From Octopus sinensis (taxonomy: Eukaryota): a stretch of DNA of 64,000 nt. Each line of letters starts with the position of its first letter. Within the stretch, counting starts at the first letter, position 1. The translations under genes were made by a program, and so were the position numbers. The notes under the pieces were generated by a model. It made no database searches, was not told where the DNA came from, and was given only the letters and a program-made list of their open reading frames with translations. The DNA lies in NCBI RefSeq assembly GCF_006345805.1, contig NC_042999.1:171058001-171122000 (forward strand). Direction: 5' to 3'. Below, in pieces: positions 1 through 12,747 of the stretch.

Positions 1-53
1 TTCTTCCCTCTTCCTTCCACTCTTTCTCTTTAGCAATCACCTCAGATACAAAC

Positions 54-170
54 GCACACACACACACTCACACACATACACACGCACACGCAGACACACA
101 CGCACACACACATACACACACACACAAACACACACGGACACACACACACACACAGACATACACACACACC
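54..170. repeat. Imperfect (CA)n microsatellite
   Basis: Direct reading of the sequence. Confidence 0.95.
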
Positions 171-260
171 TCCACAAAACGATCATAAAAAGTGGAAAGA
201 ATTCTTAAACCCCAAAAAAGCCTTTGACCATCCTCACAATATAAAAGGAAATATAATTTA

Positions 261-433
261 TGGCCTACCTCCCCGCCACCACACACTCGGTGACACTGTG
301 AAGTGGTCAAAGCTGAAATACTTAGAACCCCCTTGGAGTCAATATTATGGCCTACTTCCCCGCCACCACACATTCAGTGACACTGTGAAGTGGTCAAAGC
401 TGAAATTCTTAGAACCCCCTTGGAGTCAATATT
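261..433. repeat. Two-copy 87-bp tandem duplication
   Basis: tggcctacctccccgccacc...ccttggagtcaatatt starts at 261 and again at 348 with only a few substitutions. Confidence 0.9.
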
Positions 434-837
434 CTCTCCAGCAGACCAAAAAATTCTTTTCTTCTTCTTCCCTCTCCCTTCCCCTCTTTCTCGTTAGCAT
501 TCACCTCAGATACCAACGCACACACACACACACACATACACATACACACATTTTCTCTCTCTCACTTTCTCCTCATCCACCTCACCCTCTCGTACTGTCT
601 TATATTCCTCCCCACCACTACGAAACTCTATAAAATGATTAAATTCCCCACAAAGGAACTTATTTTGATTTGAAAACCCCACTAGAATGGGAGAAAGCGC
701 TAATGATCTAAGTGATATGATATATATGTAAAAAATGTAATATATGAATAAATATCTGTAAATATAAACCATCCGATCTTCTGATTACCTCATTTCTTCT
801 AATATATAATACCTGTACATCATCTCCAAACCTTCCA

Positions 838-845
838 ATATATAT

Positions 846-899
<54 letters not shown>

Positions 900-930
900 T
901 GTATGTATGTATGTATGTATGTATGTGCAT
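838..930. repeat. (AT)n followed by (TATG)n microsatellite
   Basis: Direct reading of the sequence. Confidence 0.95.
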
Positions 931-2033
931 GTGTATACACATGTAATATAAGTGTGTACGGGTGTACACATATGACTATGAATGGAATTGAACATTGTGA
1001 ATTATAATGTGGGTATGAAATTTAAATACACACGTACAGTTACAACAGATATGCAGTCAATTACATACAAAAAGAAGAAAGAAAGCAAGAAAGAAAGAGA
1101 CATATGAGAAAGATATTTTCTGTAAGTAAATATAACAGAACTGGAAAATATTAAGAATATAGCTATTTAGGATATGAAAATAACACATTCTACACGAGTA
1201 ATGCACACTTTACAATCGGTAGATTTTTCTTGTTGAGCATCGCATAAAACTGGTTCTGAATAAAAGTTTATTTTAAACAATAAGTTGATTGTGTTCTGAA
1301 AATACTACAGGTAAAGCGTAATAATATATATTAAAAGTAAATGTTGTTTAGGGGAAAAAATTGTCAAGTATTGGAAGTGTCAGTATATAAAAACTAGGAA
1401 ATATTTTCGAGAAATACACACTCAAGAAAGAGAATGTGTATTGAAGTTACGTATCCCTCTTCATGCACCTATAATCTTACGCATTGTTTTTAAGAAAAAA
1501 TAAAAATGATCTCGAGTATTAATACTTACGCAGAATTATAACTTTTAAAACTAAGAAAACCATTCTACATCAAAAGTTATATAAATTCGTAAAATTTAAG
1601 ACGCGGCGCTCTGCGTATGTATCTGTGTATGCACACACGTATATATATGTATCTGTAAGCGTACCTGTGTATATTTTTATGTATTATACATGTTTGTATA
1701 TATATATGTATATGTTACATGTGTATACAAGTACGCACACGTTATATATTTAATCACACCTGACCTACCCTTTCCACCAACCTTCTAGTTTATTAATATG
1801 CAACTCAAATAATAAATACCGGCACATAAATATAATAAATACATAAATACTATAAATATTGGTTAAATTATTCTAAAAAATGGTTCTGAAAATTCTCGTT
1901 TTGGTCCGGTGTTTTGGTCATTAAAACATATTGCTACTAAATCAGATGCTGTTTGAATCAAAAACAATTTTAAACTAACCTGAAAGGTTTCACCATACAT
2001 TTGTGGAGTACAACTTGATTATTATTATTTAAT

Positions 2034-2142
2034 AAGAATAGTACTGACTGTCACTTCGAAGTTTCGGCCAGCTAAGCTACCATCGGACAGTCCAATGATG
2101 GTCTAACTTGCTGAAACTTCGAAATCAGTCAATAGTATTCTT
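2034..2142. repeat. Inverted pair of decayed hammerhead-like modules (about 110-bp hairpin)
   Basis: aagaata..tgactg..ttcgaagtttc..accatc-ggac|a|gtcc..gatggt..gaaacttcgaa..cagtca..tattctt. The left arm is homologous to 62240-62295. Confidence 0.75.
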
Positions 2143-3087
2143 GTTAAAAAGTAATACACACTCACACACACACATGCACGTATGTACATATGTATGTATG
2201 TATGTAAGTATGTATGTATGTATGTATGTATATTTATTTATACACACGCAAGCACACGCACACAAATACACACAACTGCAGAACTTTAACCTATACCTCA
2301 GTCGTGAACAGTCCACTCGGGACAAAATACTGAATACACTACCAATTTTTGACCTAATCAACACACACACTCACACAGACATTTATACATCTGAGGTAAT
2401 GTTGGGGCTCTGTCTCGCGGTTTATTCTATTGCATCAATTCTAATCCTTATTAAGGAAAAACATACATGCCCAGAGTAAATTAAAGTTAAAATAAGTGTA
2501 ATTAAAATGTGAGTCTGTTTATAATAAATTATTCATTTACAGAAAATCTAAAAGTATAAAAATAGAGAAATATATAGACAGACGTTATTCACATACAAAC
2601 GCATACATACATCCATTTATACATGCAAACAATAAAACATATATACATATCTACACTAACACGTACAAAAGCTGATACATACATATGTACAAACACATGC
2701 AGGTAAATATAAGTATGAATATATTTACTAACGTATGCATAGATATCTACACACATATATATATACCATGCATCTCTGTCCGTATGTACTACCATGTTTC
2801 TAATATACAACTTTGCTTTGCTGGCTGGAAAAAAAGGAAAAGCGATGAGAACAAAAAAAATCAGAATAAATAGTGGTGAGAAGAGAGAAAAAGAAATGCT
2901 TGAAAACGTTCCCAATAGTATCTAATAGTGACAAAAGAAGAAAAGAATATTTTAATTATAATTTTTTATTATTTTTATTATTATTACTTAATTATTTTCT
3001 TCCATTGCATTTTTTAAATCATTTTGCTTTCATTCATTATTTTATATTCATTGCGTCTATTTATCATTATTATTATCATTGTGAATA

Positions 3088-3200
3088 AGGCAACGTTGCT
3101 GGCAAAATTTTAGCGAGCTAGACAAGATGTTTAGCGATATTTCGCGAGTTGCTAAGTTTCTGATTTAAATTTCACCGAGGTCAAAATTTTGCTCATTTTC
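3088..3200 (+). mobile_element. Degraded tRNA-derived SINE (family A) head
   Basis: ggcaacgttgctggcaaaattttagc...gatttaaatttcaccgaggtc aligns by eye with family A copies at 12239 and 25411. Confidence 0.6.
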
Positions 3201-3350
3201 AAATTTATATTGCACAAAATAATATTTTTAGAAATTTAATTTAATATTGTAATTGATTTTATTTAATCTACAACTCTGAAATTGTTCCTTCTTTCAACAT
3301 TTTTTATTTGTATTTCTATGTATTCTATTTTATCCTTATAATAATATTCA

Positions 3351-3470
<120 letters not shown>

Positions 3471-3491
3471 CTCTCTCTATATATATATATA

Positions 3492-3654
3492 GGTGCAGAA
3501 ATGGTTGTGTGGTAAGTAGCTTGTTTAACAATCACATGGTTCCCAGTTCAGTCCCACTGCGTGGCACCTTGGGCAAGTGTCTTCTACTATAGCCTCGGGC
3601 CGACCAAAGCCTTGTCAATGGATATGGTAGACGGAAACTGAAAGAAGCCCGTCG

Positions 3655-3715
<61 letters not shown>

Positions 3716-3906
3716 TTGACCCCCAAGATCGCTTGACAACCGATGCTGGTGTGGTTACGTCCCCGTCACTTAGCGGTTCGGCAACAGAGGCCGATAGAAT
3801 AAGTACTAGGCTTACAAAGAATAAGTCCTGGGATCGAGTTGCTCGACTAAGGGTGGTGCTCCAGCATGGCCGCAGTCAAAGGACTGAAACATATAAAAGA
3901 ATAAAA

Positions 3907-3910
<4 letters not shown>
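3492..3910 (+). mobile_element. Full-length tRNA-derived SINE (family B, octopus OK-like)
   Basis: A-box tggttgtgtggtaag, B-box-like ccagttcagtccc, body gcaccttgggcaagtgtcttctactatagcc, internal (AT)/(GT) tract, 3' tail ggtggtgctccagcatggccgcag..gactgaaac..taaaagaataaaagaat. Inserted in (AT)n. Confidence 0.9.
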
Positions 3911-3949
<39 letters not shown>

Positions 3950-3952
<3 letters not shown>

Positions 3953-4317
3953 TCAAAATAAGCAACAAGAATAACTTCAGTAATTTGGTACGATCGTTTC
4001 ACGCTACATCATTTTATTAAATGTTGTAAGTATTACAACAGTTGTAAAATGCTGAGCACTAATCAGCCATTAATAGAGGTTTTCCATTAATACAGAATTT
4101 TCATATCAATTGATATCATTATAGAGACGGTATCTACCTTCTCTATATTGTTATCAATTGATTTGAAAATTATGTATCAATGGAAAACCTGTATTAATGG
4201 CTGATGTGTGCTCAGCATTTTAAAACTGTTGTAATACTTACAACATTTAATAAAATGATGTAGCGTGAAACGATCTTACCAAATTACCGAAGTTATTCTT
4301 GTTGCTTGTTTTGATTA
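3950..4317. mobile_element. Palindromic MITE-like fold-back element, TA-flanked
   Basis: Arms of about 180 bp (tactcaaaataagcaacaag... / ...cttgttgcttgttttgatta) are near-perfect reverse complements, centre ggta-tc-tacc at 4129-4138, TA on both sides. Confidence 0.92.
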
Positions 4318-4428
4318 TAATCACCCCATGGATTTATATGGATAACACCATACAAAATTCTGGTGCATCTAACTTAAGTACCATATTCATTTGAATCTAA
4401 ATTTTGCTGAACTTATATATATATATGT

Positions 4429-4479
<51 letters not shown>

Positions 4480-4582
4480 TAATCCTTCATTCATGAATTT
4501 TATAAATTATTTTTCTCTAGTTTGACTAGATGTGTTTTAAATTTACCAATGTTTAGCTGGTTTTCAATTGTCGCATATTATT

Positions 4583-4740
4583 TCGTTGGCGTTAGGAAGG
4601 GCATCCAGCCGTAGAAACACTGCCAGATCTGACTGGGCCTGACGAAGCCTTCCAGCTTCACAGACCCCAGTTGACCCGTCCAACCCATGCTAGCATGGAA
4701 AGCGGACGCCAAACAACGATGATGATGATGATGATGATTC
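4583..4740 (+). mobile_element. 3' portion of SINE family C, ending in (GAT)n
   Basis: ggcgttaggaagggcatccagccgtagaaac...ccaacccatgctagcatggaaagcggacg followed by (gat)n. Same tail as 8678-8830. Confidence 0.85.
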
Positions 4741-5230
4741 ATCTCATTTATGATGAAGGAGTATCAGGAAACACAATATTCGACATTGTGCTTGTTTGTG
4801 AAGTAAAATCCATGTGGCACCCCTTCGAACTCTTATCACCCTGAACAACGGCTTGAACCGAGGTGGGTACGTTACGAATAGAAAATATATGGCGGGTGAA
4901 TGATTAGTCACATCTGTGTGTGTTTTAATAGATGTGGCGGTAGGTAAGTCCATAATATATAGAAAGAAGAATTTATGAGAAAATCCAGATACCTGAATTA
5001 CGCTGGGATAAATAGGGAGTTGGACAGGAAATTCGTCTCAACTCATATGATAAAAATTCGATTTTATTGGAAGATAAAGATCCAAAGCAAGAGAACATAA
5101 TTTGTCTAGAAAGAATATTCACGTCAGATATTGTCGAATGCTCTGCTGATGTCACTATTCCTATTATTGATTTTCTTTAAGGCGAGAAGCCTTTGAGAGA
5201 TGACGAAAAAAAATGCTACCTGCAGGAAAT

Positions 5231-5232
<2 letters not shown>

Positions 5233-5306
<74 letters not shown>
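5233..5306. repeat. (AG)n microsatellite
   Basis: Direct reading of the sequence. Confidence 0.97.
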
Positions 5307-5310
<4 letters not shown>

Positions 5311-5559
5311 TTCTGTAAGGAAATCCTTTAGGCAAACAACCAAAAGTACAACTGCAATTTGGAAAGCAGGTTAGTATGATAATTGCATCAAGTACACAGA
5401 TTTTGCGAAGCAGACAATGGCTTGAATATGATGCTTTTCCTGAGTAAACACCACAGAGCTTTTGGTGGCTAGTTTGTTTTACCAGGATCACCTAATGTGA
5501 TCCGTGCTTTTAATATAAGCAATTTCAGTACAACTAGAAGTGAACAAACTGGAAAAGTT

Positions 5560-6250
5560 GAGACAATAGACTTTTACCATGTTCGGCATTATTAGTAATA
5601 GTCACCCGCCACACTGTTTCTGATGGTCATGAGTGAAGCACATATGCTGCCAAGGTTATCATAAAAATAGAGAAATTTTAAATAGTCGAATGGCTTAGAG
5701 TATAATAGGAAATTGTTGAGACATATGTAGAAAGTATTTGGCAGTTAAATAATAACAACGGCCGATGATCCAGTTAATGTAAAAACATTTAGAGTTGACA
5801 TAATTTAAGATACGTGGCCAGAAATACATGAAGGACATTTGGGTTACGTAGGCGTCGATGTAGTAAGCAGAGATTAATTACTTCAGATAGACCACAATTG
5901 TTTAAGATTCGGTCTCTCCGCCGGCGTCATTGGTGTGGTATACGTGAAAGATCCACGTGAAGCTATAGAAACTGGTCGCAGCAAACGGTACCTTCGGGAA
6001 GAGTTGACATAAGACATATCTCCGCAATGCAAAAAGAATGTGGTCAAATAACTGCTGGTTATTCAAAGAATTACGGACGTTATAGAGACTGTGTGAGAAA
6101 AACTTTAATGGAAGCTAACTGGAAGAAATTATTGCTGATATTATTGCTGGACTTAGATGCGAGTGTAGTCTTAGTAACCGTAAACAACGCCTCCAGCGAA
6201 TGAATTTAGAATATAATGTGTAACCCGGGAATATTAGATAGGTTGGAGAT
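5560..6250 (+). mobile_element. Possible highly decayed Gypsy integrase remnant
   Basis: Broken peptides FGI..HTVSDG, ITTADDPVN and ANWKKLLLILLLDL loosely resemble integrase FGIP..IVSDNG, TTAYHPQSN and W...LP.VLLGLR. Many stops and frameshifts. Confidence 0.3.
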
Positions 6251-7223
6251 AGGGATTGGTATAAAACATATTGCGATCTGTGGGAAAGTAGGAAAGGACG
6301 AGTAAGGTCTAGATTGAAAGGAAGACCATGATTATCGGAGAATACAATAGAAAAATGATAGAGCATTTCTATTTTTGAATGTATTCTCGAGAAGAGTAGA
6401 TGATGTGGGCGTACAATCAAATGCCACAGCAATTCCCAGCTAATGAGGCAATGTATTTTCGACAATGATAGATCTGATGCTAGTATCACACCGAGAGGCA
6501 TCATGTGCCTACGGAGGAAAGTAGGCGGCTTACCACATATAAAGTAATTACATTATATTAGAAAGAGAGTGGAAGCAAATATGGTAAAATGAGAAGTTAG
6601 AAAACATGTAGCTTGGTCGACATAAGGAGAACAAGTTAATAAACGATTACTCGAATTTAGTTTACTTTTCTTTAGTCGTCTTCCAATCCAATATTCCATA
6701 CACTGAAAAGATTTTTAAATATATTGTGAATGATTGTTAGTGTTTAAAGTTTCGTTTTCTCAGTATAGAATCCCATTAACGAAACATCTGTCAGGTCACA
6801 AATTTGCATTTGGCAACATTTCTATAACGATTCGCTCCGAGTATATTCGAATCGGGGAACGAAGAAATAAAATGAAAGATAGAGTGATCGATAGATCATT
6901 AATTTTATGGCAATTTTTTTTTTCAAAATGTCGATTTTAATCCGTCAATAAAACTATTTTTGATTCGATTCTCTAAAAATTGACTTTATTGCTTTTCATG
7001 AATAAAAGAACGAACTGATAACAGGAATACATGATTAGATAGACAGACAATCATATATGTGTGTATGTATGCGTGTTTGTATATATGTATGTATGTCTCT
7101 ATGTATACACTTATATATACATATATGTGTGGGTGTGTGTGTGTGTGTGCGTGTGTATATACAAATATTTGTATATATATATATATACACATATATATGT
7201 AAATAAGTATATGAATATGTATG

Positions 7224-7272
<49 letters not shown>

Positions 7273-7739
7273 ATATATATATATATTATATATATATATA
7301 TATATGAAATGTGGTACGTTAGTAAAATGCGTCAGTGTATTTGTTGAAGATAGAAAGAGAATGGGACTGTGAGAGAGAGAGGAGAATGAATAAAAGTGTT
7401 GCTATTGAAAGAAAGAAAAATGTGAAAACCATCTTGGTGCTATGCATACGTAAACATGAATTTTCTTAACATGTGTATCATTTACTAGTCACGAGATACT
7501 ATAAGTTAAGAGAATCGGAGGTCGTGATTTAGAAGACATTTCCAAGATTATTTGTAATGGAAGAGAAGCAAATATTCATTAAACCGGAGTCGAAATTAAA
7601 AGTTTGTTCTTGTAACTAATTTTTGTTTTTGCAGTCAATTTCGGATCCTGTAGCTGGGCCAATATTAAGTATTTGAGATTAAATTTACTTACTGTGAAGG
7701 AGTGATGCTAGAGCGGTGAAATCTTTCTTGGATTGATTT

Positions 7740-8215
7740 CAAATGTTCTTATCAATAACTGCTTTGTTTCTTCTCCGATAAATTGACATCCGACTCTTCG
7801 AAGAAGATTTAAATGCAATTGTCAGCAACAGAGGATGCGGCGGCATCATCACTGCGCTACTGGTACCCAAACAAGTGGGGCTTTTTATGTTGGGGAACAG
7901 ATGATATTCAGATGAGGCCAAATAAAGAGAATAGATGGGGATGATCAACCACTTCAAATCCACAACTTCGCACAACAGTCATTGAAACCAAGGCCATGCG
8001 TGCTAGAGTATTATCCCCATGAAATAAGACGAATTCCATCTTTTGTCCTGGGTTTTGCTTTTGATAGATTTTCATAAATGCCTCAGAAAGTTGGCATAGT
8101 ACTGACCTTTCTGAAGATAGTCAATAAACATGATGCTTTTTTCCAAACGAGAAAATTGAGGCTATGAAATAACCTTGGCCTTTTTGAGCAGGTGATGAAA
8201 ATGAAGGAGAATCAA
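7740..8215 (-). mobile_element. Mariner (DD34D-type) transposase remnant
   Basis: Minus strand gives SPAQKG.., IMFIDYLQKGQYYANFLRHL*KSIKSK and IPIYSLYLASSEYHLFPNIK (decayed HPPYSPDLAPSDYHLF), then RSDD..FFEESD. Confidence 0.85.
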
Positions 8216-8430
8216 ATCAGAACATGGAAAAAAGACAAAACCACCAACAATATTATCAACGGTCTTTATCACTATAATAGAAACAATGAAGAAGATGATT
8301 TGCGTGTTATTCACGCGTTACGCCGACCATGGGCTGTTGAAATAGTTTGTAGGTGTGGGTTTACTGGTAGTAAAGAGTAGAAGGTAGAAATGAATTCCAG
8401 CATGCGCAATAAAAAGAGGTGAAGGAATAG

Positions 8431-8469
<39 letters not shown>

Positions 8470-8529
8470 CAGATGGAGGTGGATAAAGCACAGAAGTAAA
8501 TCAAAGAAATTTCAGTTTAGAAAGAATTA

Positions 8530-8830
8530 AATGAAATAATTTAAACAGCACCGCCTCGACTAGCTTCCGTGCCGGTGGCACATAAAATACACCAATCCGA
8601 CCGTGGCCGTTGCCAGCCTCGCCTGGCACCTGTGCAGGTGGCACGTAAAAAGCACCCACTACACTCACGGAGTGGTTGGCGTTAGGAAGGGCATCCAGCT
8701 GTAGAAACATTGCCAGATTAGACTGGAGCCTGGTGCAGCCTTCTGGCTTCCCAGAACCCCGGTCGAACCGTCCAACCCATGCTAGCATGGAGAACGGACG
8801 TTAAACAATGATGATGATGATGATGATGAT
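8530..8830 (+). mobile_element. SINE family C (5'-truncated) with duplicated ggtggcacrtaaaa motif and (GAT)n tail
   Basis: gccggtggcacataaaa and gcaggtggcacgtaaaaagcacc, then ggcgttaggaagggcatccagc...ggacgttaaacaat(gat)n. Confidence 0.88.
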
Positions 8831-8837
8831 TATATAA

Positions 8838-9241
8838 AGAAAATATAGAATATTACCGGTTTCGATGATGAATCTCTTCTTATCAAATATTGATAAAAAT
8901 ATATTACAATTTGAAGTAAAATCAGTTTATCTTCTCTCTGGGGATGAAAAACATGTTTGGAGTTTGAGAGTTCAAATTGTTAGAGAAGGTACTTAGTTGT
9001 CTTTTGTGCAAAAAACCTTTCTGTGTGTTTCTGCCAAGATAGCGGCTTAAAAACCCTGATTGAATGGGTTATATGTCCACCTGTGTGTGAGTGTGTGTTT
9101 GTGTATGTGTATGTGTGTATGTGTATCTGCGTGTGTGTATGTGTGTGTATTGTGTTGAATATTCTTTCAATATGTTTTGGAATGTAACCAGCTGTGGGTT
9201 GAGGGGTGTGCATTTTGTGATGAATATGTTGTTAAAGAAAG
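8838..9241 (-). mobile_element. Penelope-like element 3' end (left, inverted copy)
   Basis: Reverse complement aligns with 9390-9778. Ends in gattcatcatcgaaaccggta (minimal hammerhead-like). Peptide GHITHSIRVFKPLSWQKHTERFF resembles a decayed PLE C-terminus. Confidence 0.65.
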
Positions 9242-9389
9242 ATAGATTTTCATAAATGCCTCAGCAAGTTGGCATAGTACTGACCTTTCTGAAGATAGTC
9301 AATAAACACGATGCCTTTTCCAAACACACACAAATACACAGGTGGAAGCACTCAGAAGAAAACAACAAACCTAAAGGAAAATCCTAACT

Positions 9390-9778
9390 CTTTCTTTAAC
9401 AAGACGTTCATTACAATATACACGTCCATCAACACACAGCTGGTCACATTCCAAACATATTGAAAGGACTTTCAACACATGCACACACACAGAGACACAC
9501 TCACACTCACGCATAAATCCCATTCAATAAATGCTTTTATGCCACTTCCTGCCAAGAACCCATGGAGTGAATTGTTTTTAGACAGTAGACAACTAACTAA
9601 ACACCCTCTCTAACACCTTGAACTCTGTACCAAACTATATTTAAAGAAGACTTCAACGAAAAATCTCCAGGCATGTTTTTGACCTCCAGACAAAAAACTA
9701 TTCTTACTTCAATTTTTTATAAATTTTTACTAATATTTGATGAGATTCATCGTCGAAACCAGTAATATTCTACATTTT
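9390..9778 (+). mobile_element. Penelope-like element 3' end (right copy)
   Basis: Homologous to the reverse complement of 8838-9241. Hammerhead-like module at 9732-9769. Confidence 0.65.
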
Positions 9779-9924
9779 AAAATATAATTTTTAGATCATT
9801 TTATTAAATTCTTTCTAAATTGAAATGTCTTCGATTTATTTCTGTGCTATTTCCGCCTCCAACTTTTATATATAAAAATTTGATTTGTATAGATCTCCAA
9901 TCATTTCCAACTGTATATATATAT

Positions 9925-9968
<44 letters not shown>

Positions 9969-11364
9969 TTTGCGTATGTATGCGTGGGTGAATAGTGTTT
10001 ATAGAGTGTGTGTATGTGTGTGTGAGTACCATTCGGTCTCCTTGCGCCAATTCTGACACAGACTCAAGCAGAAGTACACAAGCACGGCTACATAAACACA
10101 CATACAGACATACACGAGAGCGCAGACACAGTAACACGGGCGCACGTGCATGCACATGCACGCACACCATACACACATGCAAGTACACGCGCACCAGCAC
10201 ACACGCATACACACACACTCAAATACACAGACACTCATGTTCATAAACGTATAAGTATCTCTCAGAACATTCTTTTCCCCTCCGTAGGATAAATAAACTC
10301 GAGAAGTCGCCAGCAACGTAAATAGCCTATCTTTTCTCAAACTCGGCTTTTAGAGGCAGACAGAGGGAGAGAAATTGTGTGTGTGTGTGTGTGTGTGTGT
10401 GTCATTGCGTGTGAATGCCATTGTGTATGTTTGTCATTGTGCGTGTGTTTGTGTCTGTATATGCGTGCATGTCTGAAGCTGAATGATCCAAAGAGCTCTC
10501 GAATCGTATGGATATGAACTTAAAGCTTGTATACGTTTTGAAAATAAACATAAATTAGTCAATAGGCACCTGCATTTCCTATGTTTTTCAAGATTTCAAC
10601 AATTTCTAACTTAGAAGATGATACAGAATTATACACTTCTCAAAACATGTCAATAACCAATCTATAAGGATTGATGTTTTCTTGGGGCTATTCTGCTTCA
10701 CATATATCCAAAAGCTCTGACTATAAAGCGAGGCTGTATCTATGAACTACAATTGTGTGCACAAAATACTTATCTATTTATCCATCTATACGTATATTTG
10801 ACTATGCATATATTTATCCATGTATACGTATATCTGACTTTATGCGAGCAGATAGGCATATAAGTATACACACATAGATATGTGTTTGTAATTTTGTGCA
10901 TATGTGTGTTGTGTGTGTGTGAGAAAGAGAGAGATTACTCCTGCTTTCTGTGCGTTTTAGCTGCTCTCATAAACTTCCGTCGCGTTAGTTCAATTGACTT
11001 TTTAGTCAATCTATTTTGTATACTGGGCTTTAAACCAAAGCATTGCAGTAACTTTACTACTGATGTGACCCAATTAACATAGATAACTTGACCTTCGAAA
11101 GCAAACAGCTAAAACAAATTATGCAAGTCATTTTATCGGACGTTTTAACAACATTGTAAATTCGGCACCTTAGTATGTAATTATATACTTACACATATAC
11201 ATGCAACACACACACGCATATACAAACACCCACAGAGATATAGACGCAGACACAAAGATACACACAGCAAATAATGTACAAATATTATATGCGCCACACA
11301 CACACATGCATGTTTGTGTGTGTGTGTGTGTATAGTGCGTAAGAGAAAAGAGAGGTAACATATA

Positions 11365-11409
<45 letters not shown>

Positions 11410-12187
11410 TACATACACATATATACATACATGCATACATATGTGTATGTATATATATATGAATGTATACATATATATGCATATATTTACTTACATATAT
11501 GTATATATATATGTTTATATCTATATATATCTGTACACACACAGACATACACATACATATACATATATACGTATGTGTGCGAGTAGAGGGAGAGGGAGAG
11601 AGAGAAAGAGATGGAGGATGGGGAGAGAGAGACTGGGAAGAGGATACAGAGAAAGTGATGAAAATATAAAATATAAAAATTATACTCAACATTTTTATTT
11701 ATGTAAATGAAAGAATCTTGGTGTAAGAGTTTGGGTGTAGGTCACTGTTAAAACAAAGACACTTGTGTAACAATAGTTATCCGTTGTAGCAGTATAGATT
11801 TTTGTTTAAATCGATAACCAATAGACTGTCAATTTAATCATACACATTCTAAAACATCTGTGTAAAGATACACACGCATATGCATAAATGTATGTGTGTG
11901 CCCTATTTGCGTGTTTGTAAATATATATATATATATATATATATAAGTCTGTGTGTGTGTGTGTGTGTGTGTGTGTATGCGTGTGTGTATGAATGGATTT
12001 TGGTTTTCTTGTTAGTTTGTGTTCGATTGTGAACAGCAAGAATATAGAATTTCATTTGTTAGATTTGATGAGGAAAATTGTCTCGGTAAATTAAATTACA
12101 GTGAAAATAATTAACCTTTACAACTCACCATTTATAAAATATGAGTTGCCAGATTTATTATTATTATCAGCATCATCATCATCATCA

Positions 12188-12225
<38 letters not shown>

Positions 12226-12238
12226 AATAATAATAATA

Positions 12239-12440
12239 GGGCGGTGAGCTAGCAGAATCATTAGCACACTAAGCAAAATGATTAGCACCATTTCAACCAT
12301 TTCTACTTTCTGAGTTCAAATCTCTCCAAGATCTACTTTGCTTTTCATCCTGTCGGAGTCGATAAAATAAGTAGCAATTGAGCATTAGAGTCGAGGTAAT
12401 CGACTTAAACCTTCCCCCTAAAATGCTGGCTTTGTACCCT
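12239..12440 (+). mobile_element. tRNA-derived SINE family A
   Basis: ggcggtgagctagcagaatcattagc (A box), ctgagttcaaatc (B box), tttcatcctgtcggagtcgataaaataagtagc..gtaatcgactta. Confidence 0.88.
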
Positions 12441-12444
12441 GATG

Positions 12445-12705
12445 CAGTACCAGGCAGGAGCTCTCATGGCTTTTGATCTTAACTGATTGGAAGTGTTACC
12501 ATGTACGTTGTTTTGTGTTCGTATAAAAGATGGGCTACAGCAAATATTCTGCCTAATACTACAGATTTGCTTGTCAGTTGTTTGACCTTAACGAATTGAG
12601 CATGTCCGTTCGTGGTTGACGATATCTGCACCTCTGCTCACGAGCAGAAGTAGTTGGGGATCATAGCCACATGTTGAGAGGAATTAATTGGGATTTGAAT
12701 AATTA
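12445..12705 (+). mobile_element. Fragment of a recurrent octopod interspersed repeat (family X, upstream part)
   Basis: Recognised from memory of octopod repeats (aaaagatgggctacagcaaatattctg...gcagaagtag). Its end tgggatttgaataatt overlaps the start of 55020-55315. Confidence 0.5.
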
Positions 12706-12747
12706 TTTATTATTATTACATTGATTATTATGCTTACTGTTTATTGT

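Noticed and set aside
758-840. Minus-strand peptide GRFGDDVQ before a GT donor
   Set aside because: The acceptor would be preceded only by (AT)n with no pyrimidine tract, and there is no recognisable protein.
7706-7735. gctagagcggtgaaatctttcttggatt resembles an 18S rRNA segment
   Set aside because: The flanks do not match rRNA, and the site lies at the edge of a minus-strand mariner remnant. Chance similarity.
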